Shown: positions 24,008 through 32,040 of the stretch, one piece after another
How the letters are laid out: every line of letters starts with the position of its first letter
How positions within the stretch are numbered: the stretch's first letter is position 1
Assembly: GCA_000165425.1 (NCBI GenBank)
Contig: CT868669.1
Span: forward strand, 310,001 to 342,040
Source: Paramecium tetraurelia
Taxonomy: Eukaryota
Length of the DNA stretch: 32,040 bases
Direction: 5' to 3'
The notes under the pieces: model-generated
Told to the model about the DNA's origin: nothing
What the model saw: only the letters and a program-made list of their open reading frames with translations
The model's database searches: none
Translations under genes and position numbers: made by a program

Positions 24008-26045
24008 ATGATTTGGAACCTTCAGATCAGCGACCCTAATATCAAATATTTGCTACAAAAAGAAAGGGACTCTTTACTAAAACATCAACAATAAACTGAA
24101 ATCTTCCAATAATCCATCAATAATATTATGGATTAACAAGCCAAGGATCTCATTCTCCAAAATTTACAACTCATACAAGATTCAAATTTATTTAGTATTT
24201 TTCGCTCACAAATTGAAGTTTCTGCTACATTATAGTAACAATTCAAGGAAACTAAACGAATTATTGAATAATCAGACATTCTACAAATTATACATTAAAT
24301 TGATTAAATTCAAAACTCTATTGCAACTAACATTGAAATAATCAATAAAGATGAAAACATTGTTCAATATATTGCTCAAAATAAAAAAATAATCATCCAA
24401 ATGATTACTAATAAATATGAATAAACTATTATTAATACTTTAAATTCATTAGGATTCCCTGATCCTAGCAATGAACCAGAAATAATATAATTCAAATAAT
24501 TATAGGAATTGACAATATATTCCAAATTAATTAAACACGTCTCATAGTTTGAACCAAGATTTTTGTCTTCAATCTTCGTTAAGCTAAATTAAAACTTTGA
24601 TTATCATTTCATTGATTCAATCCAAGCCACCTCAAATATTAATAATAGCTCATGGTTTTTTAATTATTTGTATGAAAATTTCGAAAAATCCATCAAACAA
24701 CTCTTTAAACTTGACCCTAATTATGAAGAATAAATCTAAAATTATTAAAACTTTGAATTAGAAGAAATCATTCAAACATTTGCTTCACTTATGATTTAGC
24801 ATTATATCATATACAATATTACAAAGGTATAAATTTCAACTATTTAGAGAGTAAAAAGAGACAAAGATGAGTTTATTTTCTAGCCAAATTTAGCTTTATT
24901 GTTCTTTGAAGAACTCGATAATTTCTGTTAATCGATTGAATAGTTTTGGTATATTTGTTTTGATTAGAAATGTAATTAAATATTCGAAGTAATCCTTCTT
25001 ATTCTGAATGAGAGTAATATCTTTGGTAAGATATTAGAGTGGGAAATACAGTTATTTAATTAAAGCATCTTTAATGAATATGAAAATAAAATCTAATAAA
25101 AAAATATCCATCTTTTTTTAAATTTTGTTGAAGAATTTTAAATTGTTTGGAATAGTTAATATCAAAAATATTCTTTGATTGTTAATCAGAATCTGATTGA
25201 TCAGGTTTAATAAATATATTCACTTATTTTTAAGCAATTTTTAGAATTATGTGAATAATATTACTTGATTATTAAACAAATAGAAAGCAAAGATTATGTA
25301 TGTAAACAATGATAAATTATAGGTCCAGTTTTTATAAACTTATTACCTTGGATTAAAAGCATTAAAGCAGCAATTTAAGAAATACAAAACATCTATTAAA
25401 TAACTCAAATAAAATACATTAATCAAGTTTTTAGAACCTATATCAAATTAATGCTCTGAGGAAATTTATTAAAAATTATTTAAGGAATATTTATATGATG
25501 ACAAATTAACAGCCGAATTCTTTAAATCAATTTCCAAAGTCAATTTTTATCAAAACCATCAAATTATTTTTCTTTAAAGTTAGCATGAATTTGCTAAAAA
25601 AATCAACAACTTTTACTACAAAGCCAATTCAATTATTAATTAAATAATTAATACTAATTTAATTGAAAGATAATACATTGCTGATTTAGCATCAAAGGTA
25701 ATCTCAATAATAATTTCATAACTCACCACAAAAACACATAAATTTATAGTCAAATAGGAATATTCTTAAGATGGTATTCTTATCATGTTTTTGGTAATTT
25801 TGAGAACCACCTTTTTGGTTTTATATTCATCCATTAATCATTAAAAAAATACAAAGGCATAAAAAAAAATCAACGAAAAGTAATGAATTTTTATTATTCT
25901 TAGGTTCGAACAAATATAAACAATTATAAACAACAGATATATTTTAAATGAATAATCATGGCAAAAAGTTATAAAATCATATCCGTTATTAACTCAAAAG
26001 GATGTAGAAATTTTGAAGAATTTAAAAATTAATTAAACCACCTGA
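24008..26045 (+). CDS. RINT1/Tip20-like tethering factor (NRZ/Dsl1 complex), ~655 aa
   Basis: Helical protein with LGFP, NFDYHFIDSIQATSNINNSSWF (cf. RINT1/Tip20 F-x-YHF...T...EW) and EYSQDGI. Introns at 24827-24847, 25298-25322 and 25880-25903. The ORF is solid; the family call is moderate. Confidence 0.7.
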
Positions 26046-27125
26046 AATATATATATTTAATATAACAACAATTTAAAAAATAACTTATCAAATAAGTCAT
26101 AATTACGTTCTCAAATTTTATGTAAATAATTATTTAAACATCATTCAATTTAAACTTCACATTCAGATTAATCAATTTGTAGATAAAAAATCCTTTAAAT
26201 ATATCTTGCCAATTGAGAACAATGATTTTATATCTTCGGTAAATAATATTCATTGATAAACAATGACTGACCCTAAGCAAGTTTTTGGAAAAAGAAGTTC
26301 ATCTCGTTTTGAATTATACAATATTACTATCCTTTTGAGGAAAACTCCGATGTCTTGTCCATTTCTTTAAATTCTATTTGAATTGTTAAACCGATGACGA
26401 TGAACTTTTGAGAACTAAATATAAAATTTGATTAAAATTGATTCAATCAAACAACTAAGTCCTATTTTTACGATTTATTAAATTTGCAAATTAAATAATT
26501 AGTTTCAGATATAATTCTATAATTATTTTATTAATTTATAAAATTATATAATTATTAATAACTTAAACAGAACAAAATGAAAAAGATCATTAGTATATTT
26601 AAAGCAGCTAAATAAAAGGTTTATATTAAAAAAATAATTAATTGATTTGAATTAATATGAAATTATTGTATAGTTATTTCAACTAATCATTTCTAAACTC
26701 TCTTAAAATATTTTTAAAAATTGTACCAAATGTAATGAAAAGATACAATTCAATCTTACTAAGGTCATTAACATTCAACATCGCGATAGTAGGGAAGCTA
26801 TGAGAACTCCTTGAGTACTGAATGTTTTATTAGGGAAGGGTATCAGGAATCCAATTATTTTTATTCAAAAATTTTATTTAATTTTTTCTTACATTATTCA
26901 AACTTTCGATCAGAATTTTGTATTGATTGAAAAATACATTTTCCATTCAACCTAATATACCAAGGATTAAATTCGATGATAACCTTTTAACCTAAATATT
27001 TTTAAAACAAGTATTTTTCAATTTATATTTGTATTTTTTATTATCAAAATTTATTCGTTAACATTTAGTTCAAAAAAACGGAAAGATCAGATCGACAATA
27101 TAATTTTAATATAAATTTAATTAAA

Positions 27126-28224
27126 TCATTTCGGTTAGAAAATTGCAAGATATATTGTCATACAAACAGGTAGGGTTATGATGCATAATATATATTGATA
27201 AAACAGTATTAATGAAACAACATCTTCTAATTATTATTGATATTGCTTTGCCATAACTAGGATAGTGATCGCTGATGGAGTACAAAAAGTGATGAACAAA
27301 ATGAATAATTCACACAAATCTGTAATTATACCAAATTAATCTAAACATAAAACTGTTGTTAATCCAATAATAGGTGATAAAATTAGCCTGTTAGCCACAA
27401 TTTATAGGATTGTAATTAAATTCTCTTTTTTTTATGTGTTTTTAAAATATATTAAATAGAGATTACTTCCTAAAATCATTAAGACAGAAGGGGGACATGC
27501 TCTTGAAATTGTTTATAATGGTAAGAAAAGAGCTCTATGTATAAATGTATCATTAATCAAATGCTTTTAAATTGGTAAACATAATAAGGAAACAATAACT
27601 GAAATAAGAGGAGGATTCCAAAAAGAGGATTCTTACTTTTTATTTTGATTAGTTTGTAATGATTATTGGGGCTGAGCTATCTTTAGATTTAAGAGCTCTA
27701 CCTCATTTTATTGATCGGCAACTCAATTTTATTGTATAATTCTCTTTCCTATAGACCATCGGAAGGCATTAACTATGACAGTTTAAATAATTATTATTGT
27801 AACAAGTTTAGCTTCAGTTTCTTTTTCAGATTAACCTGTTATCTTGGAAAAGTACATGGTTAAACCATAAGCTATCTGTAATTAAATATTTATTGTATGA
27901 GGATTAGCTGATGATAAGACAATGATGGAGTTTAGATTATTTTTTTTAATCCAATATTTGTTGCTAATCACTCCGATCAAATATCCACAAAATATACAAA
28001 AAAATGTGGTCAATATTGTTGGAATGAGTCCCAATAACGAATCAAAAGTTACTGATTTAAGGAAATTTGTAAAAATCATAGCTGGAAGAAACATTCTTTC
28101 AACTACTTTAGACAATGTCATCGTGAACTCGTTATTAAATATCTTTTGATGAGTTAAAAGTGCTCCACTGCTGGCTACAGTTAAAGCACCAAATGTCGCA
28201 GAAACAACTGCTTCTATTATTGTC
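27126..28224 (-). CDS. Auxin efflux carrier family (PILS/Mem_trans-like) multi-TM transporter; 5' end in gap
   Basis: Intronless frame: LSKVVERMFLPAMIF, SSANPHTINIQL, FRWSIG, FWNPPLISVIVSL, ISRACPPSVLMILGSNL, VANRLILSPIIG, CTPSAITI, FYQYILC. TGA at 27126-27128. Confidence 0.85.
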
Positions 28225-28374
28225 NNNNNNNNNNNNNNNNNNNNNNNNNNNNNNNNNNNNNNNNNNNNNNNNNNNNNNNNNNNNNNNNNNNNNNNNNNNN
28301 NNNNNNNNNNNNNNNNNNNNNNNNNNNNNNNNNNNNNNNNNNNNNNNNNNNNNNNNNNNNNNNNNNNNNNNNNN
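28225..28374. other. Assembly gap (150 N)
   Basis: Run of N. Confidence 1.
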
Positions 28375-29464
28375 AGATATGATTTATGGAATTAAGAGTT
28401 TCTGAAATTTAAATAATAATATTACAACCATTTTTAATGATTTAGAAAAATAGCAAAGAGAATAAACTTTATATAAAGATTATCCAAATTTCATCTAAAC
28501 CTTTGAGAAAACTTTGGTTCCATCTTAATAAGTAGAGTAAAGGAGTAGGATATTTACATTTATATATTGATGTTACTATTTCCTCAATATGTTCATCTTT
28601 TTATATGAAAATCATTGACCTTATGAAAAGGATATTTTTATTGGAAAAAGTCATCATCTTATTTTAACAAGTTATAACTATAAAAGGATCTTACTTTTAA
28701 TATTTTTATTTATTTTTTTTATATTTGAAAAATGTTGATTCTAGATTTAAAAATGAATGGTTTGGATTCTATTAGGTAAAGAGGTCTTTTAGTCATCTAT
28801 GTATTTTTAATCTCATTTCTTGCCAATTCTCATATTCAGTCCTCCGTTTGGATTTAGGCTATATCGCTAATCTGTCAAACTCAACTGACTGAATCGCTGA
28901 AAATCCCTCCCCTTACTAGATTTCAATATAATTTCATTATTTTTATAATGGCTCATAAAATTTTATCTTGATTTTAATAGCATTTAAGATCATAATTTAA
29001 GCAAAAGAATTAAACTTTTATCAAGATAAAGTTATTATGAACTATTTAGAGAAGATCTCAAAAGTAAATCTAAAATAGTTTAAAATTATCTAAAGCACAA
29101 ATAAATTACTTATTTTTGTATTAATCTTTATTTTTTAAAAAGAAGCGTATTTGAAAATTCATATATATAGAACATACTTATATGAAATTAAGGATTCATC
29201 AAAGTGCTTATATAATCAATTATTCTCTTCTTAATATGTCAGTGCTAATTACTAAACTCTATGAAGCTCACCTTAATTTTCTTATTTATAATTGAACTTA
29301 TAATCAATATCTCTTTTAAAACAATTTGGTTTTTATTGAAAGAAATTACCCAAACCTTTAATTAACTTTAGAGATTACTAGTAAATAGAACAAATTGGAT
29401 GAAGTACAAGGATATCATACAATTTACCATATAATAATAATAATTTGATTTTGAATAATATGTA

Positions 29465-29644
29465 TCATATTGGCCAACCCTTTGGTAGATCGAGGGCCAA
29501 ACTCGATGGGCAGGAGTGTTTTAATATATCGCTCCAGCTGAAATTGTTGTAGCACATTGGGCAGGTCATAATATCATCAAATGCAATCCTTGCTAGTCCC
29601 TTCAATTCCTCTTCTAATATGCATCGATCAAACTTTTTTATTAG
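29465..29644 (-). CDS. 3' fragment of a gene ending in a C2HC-type zinc finger (5' part in gap)
   Basis: Locally GC-richer frame LIKKFDRCILEEELKGLARIAFDDIMTCPMCYNNFSWSDILKHSCPSSLALDLPKGWPI-TGA, running in frame up to the gap edge. Confidence 0.5.
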   Translation of the reverse strand, partial: LIKKFDRCILEEELKGLARIAFDDIMTCPMCYNNFSWSDILKHSCPSSLALDLPKGWPI

Positions 29645-29794
29645 NNNNNNNNNNNNNNNNNNNNNNNNNNNNNNNNNNNNNNNNNNNNNNNNNNNNNNNN
29701 NNNNNNNNNNNNNNNNNNNNNNNNNNNNNNNNNNNNNNNNNNNNNNNNNNNNNNNNNNNNNNNNNNNNNNNNNNNNNNNNNNNNNNNNNNNNNN
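29645..29794. other. Assembly gap (150 N)
   Basis: Run of N. Confidence 1.
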
Positions 29795-30018
29795 CCTAAA
29801 GAACTAAAACTCCTTTAAAATAGATTTAGGATACAAAGATTCATCAATAAGGCTTCTAATTTATGTTATAGAGGCAATTGTGTATATATCTTGGCTTCAT
29901 TTAGGCTTTTTTACACAGCAATTATTGGAAATTAAAATTTTAATTTAGTTTCTGATAGAATTTGTATTAAGAAATGCATTCTTAGCTAGAGGATTTATGA
30001 GGAGATTATAATTATGAT

Positions 30019-32040
30019 ATGCTTTAATCAATGTAGAATTCTAATTGGTCGGCAAATGATAATAAAATAATCTAAATGTTAACTACACAATTAGGGCTTA
30101 CTTAAATTTAAAAGTCCATTATAGTAACGTAGTTACAGAAAATAAAAAGTGCAGAGAAAGTCATCGATTGCTTTATGAAATAGAATAAAGATTTTCAAGA
30201 ATTATAAGAGATAATTTAGTAGGAGATTACTAATTAAATGAAAGTGTAAAATTAGAACAACAGATAAAAAGGATAATGGAATCAATATGAATTGATAAAG
30301 CTGAAAAATAAGTTATCAAAATCAATGAAAAGTATTGAGGAGTCTGATTGTCTCTTCTAATATATATAATAAAATTATGATTAAGAAATTTTAAATAAGA
30401 TTTTATATTATGAATTTAAAACTGTTAAAGAATTTTTATAATAAATTCAAAGGGTTGGTGAAATTAGTAGACCTAATAGTTAAATATAATTTAATGAAAA
30501 TCAATAAATCAAAAAAAAATAAGGATATAGTATTTGTTAAGAGAATAAGCAAATATAAGATTTATTTCTAGAATTTTATTCCTTAAATAATAGAAATAAT
30601 AAACAAATAGAAAAATAATTGATATAATTATACAATTCTTTAGAGAATCAATAATAAAATTCTTAAATTTATGATTTTAAAATTTGTCCATAATTGGAAT
30701 ACGAGGAATTATTAAATTTATGTAATTTAGTAAAGCAACATTTTTCTTATTATCCAAGACCAGTTCAATTATTGTCTGTAATAGAACTATATAATCACGA
30801 TGATAAATAGGGGAGGTTATCAGAGATTTACACTGGAGAAGGTAAAACCTTAATAGTTGCAATGTTAGCCATTCTATTATGTAAAAAGAGAAAATTAAAT
30901 GTTGACATTGTAACCAGTTCTCCTGTTTTAGCAATTCGGGACGCTAAAGAGTTGGCAAGTTTCTATGAATCATTTTCAATTTCAGTTGCTCATAATATAA
31001 GTGAGCCGAATACTGAATAAAATGAAGGCATGCTTCCATGTTATAAGTCTCAAGTAATTTATGGAGATCCTCATAGTTTCTAAGCTGATATATTAAGGCA
31101 TCAATATTAAGAATTAGGAACGATGGGCAACAGAAAATAAGGATATATAATAGTTGATGAAGTGGATTCTATGCTTATAGATGGAAATCGTAATAAGACT
31201 TTATTAAGCTCCCCTATCCCAGGAATGCTTGATCTAACAAAAGTGCTAAGATTGATTTGGGATGAAATTTGTAAGGTAGAGCCTAATTTATCAACTGATA
31301 ATAAAGTTATGATTGTTGATGGAGATAATAATTATTATAGTATGGATTTGGTAGAATATGTTGAACAAACCTTAGAGAAACAGATAAAGGATGCTTTGGA
31401 AAATTAAATACCTAATTTTAGATTAGATTATATCAAATTCATGAAGAAAAGATGGATAGAAAGCGCAATTTAGGCAAAGTTCCTTTTTCATGAAAAATAG
31501 CATTATCTAATTGATAACAATAAAGTTAGAATAATTGATTATTTAAATACAGGAGTAGTACAAAAGGAAAACACATAATGGTAAAACGGATTGCACCAAT
31601 TTATTTAATTTAAGCACAATCTTTCTATTTCGTCCTTAAGAATTAGCACAAACTTTATGTCTAATATTAGCTTCTTTAAAAGTTATAAAAATTAACTCTT
31701 AGGTCTAACAGGTACATTAGGATCATCAGTAACATAGAATTTATTAGCCAAAAAATACAATATTGACTTTGTTTTCATACCACCTTATAAAAAAAGAATA
31801 TTAAGGGAAGAACCTGGAATAGCAGTTTTTGGAGAGAATGAATGGTTTGAGGAGATATATAAGGCAGTAAGCTATCAGATTGAAAAGAAGAGAGCTGTGC
31901 TGATTATTAATAAAACCATTAATGATGTTGAAAAAATTTAAGCATATTTAACTAACTTCAATTTCAAATCAACCACATATGTAGATAACAGTTAGGAAAT
32001 TTAAAAAGAAATTGGACCTAATACAATTATTATAGCTACA
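30019..32040 (+). CDS. SecA-like SF2 ATPase (eukaryotic, ciliate code), at least 674 aa, runs off window end
   Basis: Intronless TGA-free frame with SecA motifs in order: PRPVQLL, EIYTGEGKTL (TGEGKT at 30832), VDIVTSSPVLAIRDA, VIYG...FQADILR, IIVDEVDSMLID (DEVD at 31156), HYLI...VRIIDYLNTG, WQNGLHQFIQFKH (G at 31588), FFKSY...GLTGTL (31702), IPPYK, RAVLII, TIIIAT at the window edge. Confidence 0.93.

Noticed and set aside
8587..26045. Apparent cluster of membrane-trafficking genes (SNX, two TBCs, ANKRD13, PEX11, RINT1)
   Set aside because: Mixed orientations, interspersed unrelated genes and large family sizes in ciliates make chance the simplest explanation.
26140..26410. Roughly 90-codon minus-strand open frame
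   Set aside because: No recognisable motif or convincing start, so it cannot be separated from chance.
26715..26850. Locally GC-richer patch, possible snoRNA or small ORF
   Set aside because: No proper C/D or H/ACA boxes, no tRNA cloverleaf and no supported ORF.
28160..29807. ORFs containing X runs (28160-28405, 29581-29799, 29619-29807)
   Set aside because: Artefacts of translating through N gaps.
387..30934. ORF-track entries 387-578, 1307-1552, 3458-3649, 8973-9167, 9902-10135, 19762-19965, 21405-21668, 27922-28149 and 30677-30934
   Set aside because: They are antisense or out-of-frame shadows of real ciliate-code genes, produced by using the standard code and alternative start codons.
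30019..32040. Bacterial contamination or endosymbiont secA
   Set aside because: The many in-frame TAA/TAG codons would be stops in bacteria, the composition matches the host, and there is no operon context.
1..32040. CRISPR arrays, rRNA/tRNA genes, telomeric C4A2/C3A3 repeats, transposase or clear IES
   Set aside because: None seen by eye. Short IESs or ncRNAs cannot be excluded without germline reads or covariance-model searches.

Overview
Very AT-rich, gene-dense eukaryotic DNA with the hallmarks of a Paramecium macronuclear scaffold. TAA/TAG are read as Gln and TGA is the only stop, introns are tiny (21-31 nt, GT...AG), and some intergenic gaps are only 11-60 nt. The supplied standard-code ORF track is therefore fragmentary, so I rebuilt the gene models by hand using the ciliate code. 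About 21 protein genes are visible: a PH-CAMK kinase, a GSK3-like kinase, a Dbf4-type Zn-finger protein, a ciliate two-TM membrane protein, a RING protein, a PX sorting nexin, radial spoke head RSP4/6, a J-domain protein, a tandem cNMP-binding protein, two TBC Rab-GAPs, ANKRD13-like, PEX11, a Cys-rich CHORD-like protein, a type I membrane protein, RINT1/Tip20-like, a PILS/auxin-efflux-carrier family transporter and several orphans. There are three N-gaps. The most striking feature is an intronless, ciliate-code SecA-like ATPase at the right end (30019 to beyond 32040), in an organism with no plastid and no SecYEG pathway. All family calls come from motif recognition by eye; no database searches were run.
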